Source: a virus (Duplodnaviria > Caudoviricetes). Taken from it: a stretch of DNA of 64,000 nucleotides. The notes beneath the pieces were generated by a model. It was not told the origin of the DNA, ran no database searches, and worked only from the letters and a program-made list of their open reading frames with translations. The stretch lies in IMG/VR virus record IMGVR_UViG_3300009082_000959; one strand, 5' to 3'. The translations under genes were made by a program, and so were the position numbers. Shown here piece after piece: positions 21,312 to 32,243 of this stretch (its first letter is position 1; each line of letters begins with the position of its first letter).

Positions 21312-21830
21312 ATGGTAAAAATTCAACCAAAATTTAAAGTCGGAGACACAGTGTTCGCCACTAAAATTGATGAAGAAGTTAGTGTTATTGCCGTTAATGT
21401 TAATGAAGAAAACATAAATTATACTCTATCAAGACAATATGTAATGCCCGAAATTTACTTAGAAAAATCAAGAGAGAGCGCTTCATATAAAAACAGCATC
21501 GACTGTCTGATAGAGAAAAATAATATATGTTTTAATAATATAGAACAGGCGGAAAACGAAATTAAACGTCAAGAAGAAATATTAGAAAAATGTTCAGCAA
21601 AGTTAAACAATAAACGAGAATCTGTAAAACCCAGAAATATAATTGATGATTGGAGGGTAATCAGTTATATTAATGATTTATATCTCGAAATCTCCCAAGC
21701 AAAACATTATATTAAAAGAGGCAAAGCTCGCATTAAAAGTTTAAAAAATAATTTAAAAACAAACAATGAAAAAATAAAAGAACTAAAAAAAGAAATGTTG
21801 GTGTTAGAATTGTCAGGAATAATGAAATAA
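21312..21830 (+). CDS. KxKVGD / coiled-coil / LxG-tail family protein
   Basis: PKFKVGDTVF N-terminus; C-terminus KEMLVLELSGIMK. Confidence 0.65.
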   Translation: MVKIQPKFKVGDTVFATKIDEEVSVIAVNVNEENINYTLSRQYVMPEIYLEKSRESASYKNSIDCLIEKNNICFNNIEQAENEIKRQEEILEKCSAKLNNKRESVKPRNIIDDWRVISYINDLYLEISQAKHYIKRGKARIKSLKNNLKTNNEKIKELKKEMLVLELSGIMK

Positions 21831-21867
21831 AAGAATATCTGATTACGAAATTGTCTGGGATTGAAAA

Positions 21868-22071
21868 ATGATGAATAAAAGTGATACTGACCAAATTTAT
21901 GTTTCTGTGTTGAAATTTAATAGGTCAATTTGCCACGAAGGCGAACTGATTAAATTATTACTTCCAAATACCCCAGTGATTGTAAAGTTTATAAAAATAA
22001 CCGGCGGCCAAACTGCGTGGCTTCTTGATCGTCACGATAGAGACATATACAACTTTTACGGAGAACAATAA
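21868..22071 (+). CDS. Short-ORF family member
   Basis: DQIYVSVLKFNRSI. Confidence 0.6.
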   Translation: MMNKSDTDQIYVSVLKFNRSICHEGELIKLLLPNTPVIVKFIKITGGQTAWLLDRHDRDIYNFYGEQ

Positions 22072-22340
22072 TGATAAAACACACAATAGCCGGACTTAAA
22101 AAAGATATCTGTGAAAAATTTATTATAGAAGATGATGACATTACTTTTCATAATGGTGATTTTATAATAACATTTTCTCTTAAATATTTGGCAGAAGCGG
22201 CAGGTAAGTTTTTTGAAAGAGACATTTGGCATCACAAACAATCCAAATATCAAAAAGAACACTGGGAACTAAAAATTCCGGTAGAGAGGATGCGTTTGAA
22301 AAACTACTCAATTTGTGATAGGAGCCTGAATGAAATATAA
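22071..22340 (+). CDS. Hypothetical protein
   Basis: ORF track, coupled to neighbours. Confidence 0.55.
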   Translation: MIKHTIAGLKKDICEKFIIEDDDITFHNGDFIITFSLKYLAEAAGKFFERDIWHHKQSKYQKEHWELKIPVERMRLKNYSICDRSLNEI

Positions 22341-22650
22341 TTATAATTTGGTTGAAATGACTCCGGAAATATATAAAGAAATAGACTACCGAATACGTGA
22401 CGCAGAATATAAAGAGTATAATTATAATATTGAAAGTAACACAATTACCATAGAAATATGGAATGAATCGCATCATAATGGTAATATATATGACGATTAT
22501 AGATACGACATATTGGTTCCATGGTGGTTTAATGATGCAATTTTTAATATGCTGCGTAACACAGCAGAAAATAATTTAACTCAAATAAACAAAAACATTA
22601 AAAATGTGTTCTACGCTTTATTAGACACAAACAAAAAACTTGGAGTTTAA
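22330..22650 (+). CDS. Hypothetical protein
   Basis: SD AGGAG; ORF track. Confidence 0.55.
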   Translation: MKYNYNLVEMTPEIYKEIDYRIRDAEYKEYNYNIESNTITIEIWNESHHNGNIYDDYRYDILVPWWFNDAIFNMLRNTAENNLTQINKNIKNVFYALLDTNKKLGV

Positions 22651-22651
22651 A

Positions 22652-22903
22652 ATGAAAAACGAAGAAATGGAAACAATGTATGTGGAGTGCATGTGTGAAG
22701 ACCAATCACACACTTTAAGGTTTTCACAAATAGGTGAAGATGTTTGTGTATCAATGCACCTAACTATGTTTGGATTTTGCGTCCGACTTTGGAATGCTCT
22801 GAAATATATCTTTGGCCATCGATCGAAGTTTGGTGATTTCGAGGAAACCATTTTGGAAAGAAAAGATATAAAAAAGATAGTTGGGTTTCTGAAAAATGTC
22901 TGA
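22652..22903 (+). CDS. Hypothetical protein (CxC...H)
   Basis: MYVECMCEDQSHTLRF. Confidence 0.55.
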   Translation: MKNEEMETMYVECMCEDQSHTLRFSQIGEDVCVSMHLTMFGFCVRLWNALKYIFGHRSKFGDFEETILERKDIKKIVGFLKNV

Positions 22904-25900
22904 ATATATGCAAGATTTTTATAAATCTGTTTTTAAATACGGGACGAAAATTATAAAAAAATACGAATTATGTAGTAATAATTTGTCCATTGATTTAAAA
23001 AACAAGGGTGGGTATTCCGGGATTAGATATTATTTTTATTGCAGGATAAATAAATATGATATTGACTGACGAAGAAAGAATATTGTATATTAAAAGAATA
23101 TATATTTATCTTTTAAAAAAAAAGGAGTGATAGCAAAAAGCCATACACGTGATGCTTTTTATCATAGCGTAGTTACGATTGGTGTTCCGGGAGACATATT
23201 TTGTGCAGACAATTATTTATCTGAATGTAGGTGATTTGTGCAATACGGAATGATGAATGTTTATATTATGTATTTCAAACGCAAACATAGTATTTATGCC
23301 GGCGGTAAAATTAAAGAATTTAATAATATATATTTGCGTGTAGATTTTATAATTAATGGGTATGTTAGGGGCTACACTATACTGCAAAAATAATGTTGGA
23401 GTAAGTTATGCGCGAATCTATGAAAATGGTTTATGTTAAATTTCTAAAACACAAACAAATAATATACAAATATGAAATTTATCAATATTTTGGCAAAGAA
23501 TTTGTAGCGATAGAGTTTAATGGTTTTGGCGTTTGGCCTTACCGAGTTTCAATAGAGGTAATATAGGTGGCAGACTATGCAGCAACATATGAAAATAGTT
23601 TATATTAGATTTATGAAAAAACAACAACAAATATGTGCATATAAAATTAGACTCAATTATCTGACGGTAGATTTTAATATATTCGAAAGTATTTGGCATT
23701 ATTATATCAATTTTTAAGAAAGTTAAATCATGCAATACGAAATGATGCAAATATATACTAAAATTTTAAAACATGGTCGTAAAATTGATTCTTATAGTAT
23801 GTTGTTTGATTCTACTTGTTTAGAGGTTAATATTTTTCCTTCCACTTATTTTATATAATATCGGAGTAGTTTATGTGTGGTCTTATGAGGATAGCGTATA
23901 TATGTGTTTTAAAAAAGAATTGTGATATTTGTATATCCGATCGCATTCCAACTACATCTGGGTATGATAAAATTAAATCAAAACCACCATCGAACGACAT
24001 CTGCTTTTATATTTCGGATAAATTTTAATCATGCAATATGAAATGATTGACCTTTATATTGAAATCCTAAAATATGGTTCCAAAATTAATAAATATTATA
24101 TGGTTGGTAATGATTATTTGGGTTTAGATATTTATATTTTCCATTTTTATATTAAACAGAAAGAACAACAATGACTGATGCGATGAAGAAATTTTATATT
24201 TATGCTTTAAAATATGGATACGGGATTTACATAAATGAGTGGCGGTCAATTAGCCTCGGCGGCGATAGAATTTGTATTGAGCTTTATCCTCCCACGAAAA
24301 ATTCTTAATTTTGTTTTAAGGTAAAATAATGGACTGTATGATGCAAGTATTTTATATTAGTATATTAAAACAAAAATATATACCAGAAATAACAGAAAAG
24401 TTAATAACTTCTGATGGCCGTCATAGGGTTTTTATTAGATTAAAAGGCGTAGATTATTCTGAATTCTTTTTTACAAGCGAGTTTTGATTATGCAACAATC
24501 TATGGTAAATTTATATATTGATGTATTAAAATATAATTACCACATTGTGGGAGCATTTTCAGCAGAATATTATAATTTATATTTCACATTGCGTGAAGAC
24601 TACACACATTATTTTTTTATAGAGAAAACGTGAACACTCACTCAATATACATTGACTTTTTCAAAAACAAATTCCCAATTGTTTGGTATCACGTTTTTGA
24701 GAGCGGCGGAACTTGGTGGGTTGAAATCGAAACAGAATGGAATAAATATTTTATACGACAAGGCAAACAATGAGTATTCCAAATAGTATGCAGTCAATAT
24801 ATATTCAAATTTTAAAATATAAATGGTCAATAACAAAGTCTTATCCAGTAGTGAGATTTTGTGGCATTGATAGTGTGGCCATAGAAATAAATTGCCTGCC
24901 TTATATACTGGTGCAAAGGGCGCAAAATGACAGAATGTGGCATTAATTCTCTATATATTAGTTTATTTAAAAACAAACACACAATAAAAGATTATCGAAT
25001 ATTTAACCTTAATGGTTTTTCATTTATTATCATCTACACAAATGAAAACTTCAACAATAAATATTATGTTCTTTCAGGAGTCTAAATGTATAATTATATT
25101 GCACCAAATGGTTTTTGCAAAAATGCAATTTTTGGCATATATATTCAAATTTTCAAAAACAACTGGTCCGGCAGAGTGGTTGGAAGAGTAAATGAAAAAT
25201 TATGCACAAGTATAACAATAGAATTAACAGACCCAAAAAATAAATATAATTGTGAAACAATTTATAAAGAATTATTTGCCGGAGATTTACGGACACGATA
25301 ACAAAATGACAGAAAATATAAGACAAATTTATAGGCAAGTTTTTAGGAACAAATGCACCTTGTGGCAAAAAACAGACACTGAAATAATAGTGATGCATAA
25401 CACTTTACAATTATATAGACTTTATGTTTGTGAGGAGCCGGTGCCAGGAATTTATTTTTTCTAATGAGGTAAAAATGGATTGGAAAATAGCAAACATTTA
25501 TCGCGGTGTTTTTAAGTTTGGCGAAAAAATCGAAGTTATAAAAGCAAACAAAAACTTTTTAATGGCCAGCACGACAGATTGTGATGGTTATAAGACTTTA
25601 TATTATTTATATAGTCTTGAAAGCAAATAGGTAGAGGTATGACAATGCTACCATATCGAACAATTTATCGCAGAGTTTTAAAATATAACTATACTATGAC
25701 ACAAAGAAATATAAATAATTATGGGATACATAGTGAAATTTCTTTTTGGTTGGGGCAAACACTAGCAAGCTCATTTATTGTTTATGGTAATGGAGTTTAT
25801 TCTTGGAGAACTTAATGGCAATTCCAATAGCGTGTGAAATGACATATATAAAAGTTTTAAAATACGGCTACACGATGGAACAAACGAAAAAATGCTCACC

Positions 25901-28758
25901 GAAGCCAGAAACAGCGTAGAAAAAGCAAAGAGAAATTTTTTGATTATGAAATTAGCGGGGTTAAGTCGCAACACCTAAAATGTTGCGTGGATTGAAACAA
26001 ACAGAATTCTATGGCCCTCACTTTATTTGGACTGGAAACCGATGCAAGTAGAAATGAAATATTTATACATAAACATACTTAAATATAACAACAAAATATA
26101 TAAAATGAAGCTCTCCAATTACTGGCTAATATTACAAGCAAACGATGAAGCACAAAATTATCATAAAGTTTATATTATATACGACAAGGAAATAAATGAC
26201 TAATGGCATGAAAGATTTATATATCTATGTATTTAAAGAAAATTGCAAAATATATAAACCATTTTATTGGGGTGACTACCTTGTGATTAATTGTAAATCA
26301 TCATTTAGTGATCCTGTCTTTGATTGCTGGATTAAAACATGCAAGTAGATATGCAAAATGTTTATATAGATTTCTTTAAGCATAATTACACAATAAAACA
26401 AACATCACATTATAGTAAGTGGTGGAAACTTGTTATTAGAAATAGTAAGGGAACTTATTATTATAACTATTATTATCGAGTGAAACATAAATGACAGAAG
26501 AAATGCAAAGTTTATATACAAAGATAATTAAGTATAATTACAAAATATATGAGGTAGGATATTTGGACGCTTGGTGTATATTATATGTTAAAAGTAAAAG
26601 TGCTAATGGGTTTTACACACAAAATTGTTTTATTGAATGGAAACATGAATGACTACTGGTATGAAAGACATTTATAGATATTTCTATAAGCATAATTATA
26701 CAATAGAAAAAATTCCAACCCATTTAGGCAATACATTAGAGCTTCGCATAAAAGATAAGAACGATTTATCTTGCTCTTATTTTTTCTTTTATGGTGGAAG
26801 ATAAATGATTAAAGATATGCAAAATGTTTATATAAATTTCTTTAAGTATAATCACACAATAAAACAATATGGTAATTGGTGGCAACTTGTTATTGGAAAT
26901 AGTAGTGGAGGCTATTATTACAACTATTGTTGTCGGGTGGAAAAGTAAATGACTAATGGCATGAAAGACATTTATATCTATGTATTTAAGTTTGGTTTCA
27001 AAATATATCAAAATCACACTTACCGCGATTTTTGCGAGTTTTATGTGGTTGGCCCTCTTGAAACTTTGCGTCTTTGTGTAATTGATTAGTGGAGAAATAT
27101 TATGATACCGAGTGCAATGAAATTTGTATATATAAAATCATTTAAGGGTGGTGATAAAATTCATGCATATCACAATCATCACGAACTTGGTTTTCTTGAA
27201 ATTTGTTTTAAGCATTGGTTTGTTGGCAGTATAATAAGGCGTTTTATTCACTATGGAAAACGAAAATGCAAGTAGCAATGAAAGACATTTATATAAGTGT
27301 ATTTAAATACAATCATAAAATATATGATTATTATCCCTATGATGATTTATGCGTAATCTATATTAAAGATAAATACAACATTTTTACGGGGAGATATAAT
27401 GTCAGACATGCAATATGATATGAAAAAACTTTATATATCTATTCTTAAGCATAAAGCGCCCATACGCTCATGCACTAGACATACCAGTGGATTTTATGTG
27501 ATTAAGGCATATGTTAAAACAATTTATGTAGAAAAATTAAAGAGATACTATATTTTTAGATTACCGACGAGCAAAAAATGAAAGAGCACATAAGAGAAAT
27601 TTATATAAGTTTGCTCAAACGTAACTACACAGTATATGCATGTTTTAGGTCACCTGATGATTACGAATATATAATCGATCTTCGAGTAAGCTATTATTTT
27701 GCTTTCGATAGACATTTTCTTCGGCCACGGGAGTTGGAATGCAAAGAGATATGATAAAATTGTATGTTGATTTTTTTAAGTATAATGTTGCAATATATAA
27801 GATGGAAACGCCAGAATATTTGGAAGATACAGTTATGGTGTTTTGTGTGTCAAAATCTAATCTTTATTATTTTAATTATTGCACTATTAGAAAGTAATAT
27901 ATGATGCCACTTAATATAAAAAGCATTTATTTGAAATATTTTAAATTTAACCTTCCGATATTATCATTTTCTGAATCTGGATATGATGAGGGTGGATACA
28001 TAATTGATATTAAATCAACTCTTCCTACATATTTGGAGAGATATATTCTACTGCCAACATTATCTCGCCACACACTTGTTCGATTATAATATTTGGTGCC
28101 AAATGTCTTATGAAATAGCAACAATATATACCGAATTATTTAAGCACAAGGGAAGAATAATTGGTTTTAATCACTTAAACACTTACTATGACATAACAAT
28201 AAGTTTGTATGGTTCCTATGACGCGCATCACTTATATATTACTTAAAGGGAAAAATATGCCAGATAAAATTAGACATCTTTATATGTGTATGTTTGTTTG
28301 GGGCTGGACTATAAATAAAATAATTGAAAGAAATAACCATTATAGTATAGAAATTTTTTCTGATTCAATGAAGTATAAATATAATTATAGATTGGAAAAA
28401 TAATGATATTGCCATATAAAATTAATAATATTTATGTATTATTGTTTAAGCGTAATTGGATTGTGAATGAAGTAATTGAGAGAGATGAATGTTATGATAT
28501 TTATATATCTGCTTCACCTCGCATAATCAGCGCATGGAATTTATATAGATTGGACAAACAATGACTTGGGCAATGAACAGAATTTATTTTAGGTTGCTAA
28601 AACATAAAAATACAGTTGTTTCAGTAGATAAGCAAAATGAAATAAATGCATATGTTGTAAAATTACGCGACCAAACATCCCAGTGTGTTTATACTTACGT
28701 TCTTTATGACGATAATTCACCAGCAATAGTATTTAATAAAGGATCAAATAATGATTGA
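22896..28758 (+). repeat. Array C: about 36 tandem short ORFs of the 'M-x3-M..YI.VFKYN' family
   Basis: Manual translation, e.g. 22896 MSEYMQDFYKSVFKYG, 23730 MQYEMMQIYTKILKHG, 24031 MQYEMIDLYIEILKYG, 24490 MQQSMVNLYIDVLKYN, 26042 MQVEMKYLYINILKYN, 26196 MTNGMKDLYIYVFKEN, 26339 MQVDMQNVYIDFFKHN, 26805 MIKDMQNVYINFFKYN, 27739 MQRDMIKLYVDFFKYN, 28561 MTWAMNRIYFRLLKHK. About 160-nt period. Confidence 0.85.
25965..25998 (+). CRISPR. Second solitary type I-C-like CRISPR repeat unit, embedded in array C
   Basis: GTCGCAACACCTAAAATGTTGCGTGGATTGAAAC; differs from 1662-1696 only in the loop. Confidence 0.8.
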
Positions 28759-29335
28759 TATAAACATTTACTCTTATGGTTCTCGTGTTTATGGAACGCA
28801 CACAGAAAATTCAGATTTTGATTATATAGTTGTTTCAGATACACAAATTCCCCACCAGCAAATAGACAAAGAAAATACAAACTATACGATTTATAGTATG
28901 GAGGAATTTTATAAGCAAATACGGGAATATGAAATATCAGCCTTGGAGTGTTTGTTTTTGCCAGCCAATCAAATAATTAAAAACTCTCAACCAATTCAAC
29001 CACCGTCCGACTTTGACTTGGGAAAACTTCGGTCTTCCATTTCCGCAAAGGCGTCTAATAGTTTCGTAAAGGCCAAGAAAAAGTTTATAGTTGAAAAAGA
29101 CCGTAATATTTATGTTGGTAAAAAGAGTTTGTTTCATTCTTTGCGAATTCCTATTTTTGGTTGTCAGTTGGCTACCAGCGGAAAAATCACAAATTATGCA
29201 GCAGCTAATCATTACTGGCCGGATATACTAAATAATCCCAGTGAGAATTGGGAGGATTACCACAAAATTTACAAACCCATTCACAATAAAGAAATGACAG
29301 AATTCCGGAAACACTGCCCAAAGGAAAACACATGA
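28751..29335 (+). CDS. Nucleotidyltransferase (Pol beta superfamily)
   Basis: YGSRVYGTHTENSDFDYIVV motif. Confidence 0.8.
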   Translation: MIDINIYSYGSRVYGTHTENSDFDYIVVSDTQIPHQQIDKENTNYTIYSMEEFYKQIREYEISALECLFLPANQIIKNSQPIQPPSDFDLGKLRSSISAKASNSFVKAKKKFIVEKDRNIYVGKKSLFHSLRIPIFGCQLATSGKITNYAAANHYWPDILNNPSENWEDYHKIYKPIHNKEMTEFRKHCPKENT

Positions 29336-30012
29336 AAAAAGAATTAGAAGAAAAACTATTTAAAGACTTTCCGCTACTTTATGGCGATCGCAACAGACCA
29401 ATGACCGAAACTTGTATGTGCTGGGGGTGTTCGTGCGGCACAGGCTGGTTTGATTTGATTTATGAGTTGTCGTCTAAATTGGAACCACTCATTGAGGAAA
29501 TAAAATTAGCGAGCGATGGTGGTCCTTGTGAGCGCTGTGGGTGCTCAAAGGATAGTCACCACGGAGAATGTCAAACAATCGTAAATCATCCATTCTTACT
29601 GAAAGTTCCATATTCTTGTGAAGTTCCTAATTTAAGTGTTTCTCTTAAAAGAAATAAATCTTTTTTGAGGGGAATAAAAGATTATGTTCGTGTGTTGTGG
29701 AAAAAGCATAGAACATCAATGAGGAAAGCAATAAATCGTGTGTCGTATTTCCTTTTTAAGAAGTCAATTCTATCTTACAAAAAGAAATGTTTCTGTGATT
29801 GTTATAGCATTTCCCACCCACGCGCCTCGCAGGTAAAAGAAAAAATGGGTGAAATGAAAATGTATCTCACACACGGAACCGACGAAATGTTTGATTTAAT
29901 TGACAAAGCAACTGAAAAGTCTCTTACTATTTGTGAGAACTGCGGCCAACCAGGAAAGCCAAACGAATACGGTTGGATATCTGTTCTGTGCGAGGAATGT
30001 AGGAAAAAGTAA
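29332..30012 (+). CDS. Conserved phage hypothetical protein (QVKEK...CExCG type)
   Basis: GTGWFDLIYELS, QVKEKMGEMKMY, TICENCGQPG...LCEECR. Confidence 0.6.
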   Translation: MKKELEEKLFKDFPLLYGDRNRPMTETCMCWGCSCGTGWFDLIYELSSKLEPLIEEIKLASDGGPCERCGCSKDSHHGECQTIVNHPFLLKVPYSCEVPNLSVSLKRNKSFLRGIKDYVRVLWKKHRTSMRKAINRVSYFLFKKSILSYKKKCFCDCYSISHPRASQVKEKMGEMKMYLTHGTDEMFDLIDKATEKSLTICENCGQPGKPNEYGWISVLCEECRKK

Positions 30013-30765
30013 ATGGATCGTAATATTAGTAGCCTATACATAAATATATTTAAAAATAACTGTAAAGTTTATGAGTTTGTAAATGAAAAAAACTTGTATA
30101 TTATTAGAGTGGAATTACGCGGTTGGTATAAGCCATGTTTTTTGTGGAAATAATATAGAAAGCGGTTGAAATGTATTACCTTATGAGTGTTGTATATATT
30201 AGTGCATTAAAAGATAAATGTAAGATTAATATTGCAGAAGATGAATTCTCATATATTGTTTGGGTTGTTCCAAAAATTGGGTATAGTGTTCCCTATTATC
30301 TAAAAAGGTAATTGAATGAGATACGAAGTGTTTTATATGTATTTTTGGTTGTTTAAACATAATCTTAAAGTTATTGAGTTTATAGAAGAGGAAAATGAAT
30401 ATATAATTTATCTTGAACCAGGTCGTAGCTTGCGTCCATATGTTTTTAAAAAATAGAAAGAGAATTATAATGATTTATGGTATGCGTTATATTTACAAGA
30501 AGTTCTTTAAATATAATTACAAAATTATAGGATTTGAGTATAAAAATGAAAAATTATTAATTTATGTTAATGATATGTTTCCACGTGCCATATGAAATTC
30601 TTTGTTAAGGCGCCGGGCATGAGTTATTATATGTGTAGTATTTATATACAGTTGCTTAAATATAAATACAAAATTATAAAATTTAAAGAAACAAACGATA
30701 AATTAATATTTTATTTTGATGATAATATTATCGACCTATCTTTTCCCTACGAGGTTAAAAAATGA
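30013..30765 (+). repeat. Array D: 5 short-ORF family members (30013, 30171, 30316, 30470, 30619)
   Basis: MDRNISSLYINIFKNN, MYYLMSVVYISALKDK, MRYEVFYMYFWLFKHN, MIYGMRYIYKKFFKYN, MSYYMCSIYIQLLKYK. Confidence 0.75.
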
Positions 30766-31220
30766 ATATATTTGTTTTAGATTTAGAACCATCCAAAGCC
30801 GCTAAATTTCACGCAGACAAGCATGTAATAAAATTAATTCTGGAAACAGCGCAGCTGCTTTCTACGGCCGTTCGGTTAAGTGGTATTGATTTTGGATATC
30901 GCATTACACATCAAAATCATCCGTGTAGCCTTTGGACCAGAAAAACAAGAGCAAATTTTGAGTGGCTTAAAGAATTAGGTATCGCATTGTGCGAAGAATA
31001 TACTTATAGATATGGAAAAATTCACGCAAGCGAAAGTATTATTCGTGGAGCACCCAATCAAATAATTACCGCCGGCCCACTTACTCCTTTTGCACAAGCA
31101 ATGCCAGAAGAATATAAAAATAATGACCCAGTTGCGGCATACAGAAATTATTATTTAGCTGAAAAGAAAAACTTATTACACTACACAAAAAGGGAAAAAC
31201 CAGAATGGATAAAAATTTAG
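30762..31220 (+). CDS. Pyrimidine-dimer DNA glycosylase / endonuclease V family protein
   Basis: MNIFVLD...DKHVIKLILETAQLLST...HQNHPCSLW...AYRNYY. Confidence 0.8.
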   Translation: MNIFVLDLEPSKAAKFHADKHVIKLILETAQLLSTAVRLSGIDFGYRITHQNHPCSLWTRKTRANFEWLKELGIALCEEYTYRYGKIHASESIIRGAPNQIITAGPLTPFAQAMPEEYKNNDPVAAYRNYYLAEKKNLLHYTKREKPEWIKI

Positions 31221-31558
31221 CAGACGCTTTTATACAAGAACTATTAAATAAAAAACGTCTTGGCAAAGAGAAACTAAAATTAGTGTTAAATGAACTTTTC
31301 AAAAGAGGAAATTTGGACCAAGAGGACATAAAATACAATGAGTCAAAATTTCCCTTCACCAATAAAGAGTTTGCCGCTGCGTTTGAGCACTTGGTCGATG
31401 GCAAGAAACCATCGAACGCGACGAACGACAACGAAGTGTGGATTTTTGACCACAGGGGCCATATTTTTACGGCAGAAATAATCATGGGCCAAGGGTCATC
31501 ATATATTTTATCAATGGGTTCTCGTTACTCAAAGTTGCCAGTGATAAAATTAAAATGA
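31205..31558 (+). CDS. Hypothetical protein
   Basis: ORF track. Confidence 0.5.
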   Translation: MDKNLADAFIQELLNKKRLGKEKLKLVLNELFKRGNLDQEDIKYNESKFPFTNKEFAAAFEHLVDGKKPSNATNDNEVWIFDHRGHIFTAEIIMGQGSSYILSMGSRYSKLPVIKLK

Positions 31559-32243
31559 GTCCATCGATTTATAGATTATACGTGGATATATTTAAGCACA
31601 AAATAAAGGCAAAGTGGAAGACCCGTAAGGGTGAAAATTATTTTATGATTTATTCGAGCCAGGAAAATGGAATAAACCACTTTTATTTGTTGGTTGAAAC
31701 TAAAAATGGATAAGTCAGTTTATAGATTATATATAGATATTTTTAAAAACAATATTAAGGCCGACTGGACTGTTACCTATATGATTGATTATGTGTGGGT
31801 TGTTGCGGAAGAAGACAATTATGGGTTTCGTAGTTACTTTTACATATTACAGGAAATAAAATAATGGATTATTCTGTTCGTGAAATGTATATAAATATTT
31901 TAAAATCAAGATCAAAAATATACGATTATCATGTTTATTTTGATAATTCTGTCCGAATTTCTGTTATAGGTAATAATTTTAAAAGATATCACGTTATACT
32001 TGTTTCTTCTAATAAACTTAAAAATAAACATATAATTTGGTCGCGTTATGGACTTTATAATAATCCACGCAAGCATTGGGAATAAATATGAGTTCAAACA
32101 TTTATAGACTATACATTAATATTTTTAAATACGGCGGTCGAATACTAAATCAATTTACAGAACATAATGGAGATATAGTAATAAACTTATCAAATAGTTG
32201 GTTTTGTTCTGTTTTAAGGAGTAAGAATGATTTACCTGGATAA
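31555..32243 (+). repeat. Array E: 4 short-ORF family members (31555, 31707, 31864, 32088)
   Basis: MSPSIYRLYVDIFKHK, MDKSVYRLYIDIFKNN, MDYSVREMYINILKSR, MSSNIYRLYINIFKYG. Confidence 0.8.

Noticed and set aside
26339-26948. Diversity-generating retroelement (TR/VR pair) behind the micro-ORF variation
   Set aside because: No reverse transcriptase in the window. The near-duplicate pair differs at many non-A positions (G/T, C/G, T/C) and by a 9-nt indel, although A>G changes are frequent.
22896-28758. Integron-like cassette array
   Set aside because: No attC-like inverted repeats or intergenic spacers (units overlap), and no tyrosine integrase nearby.
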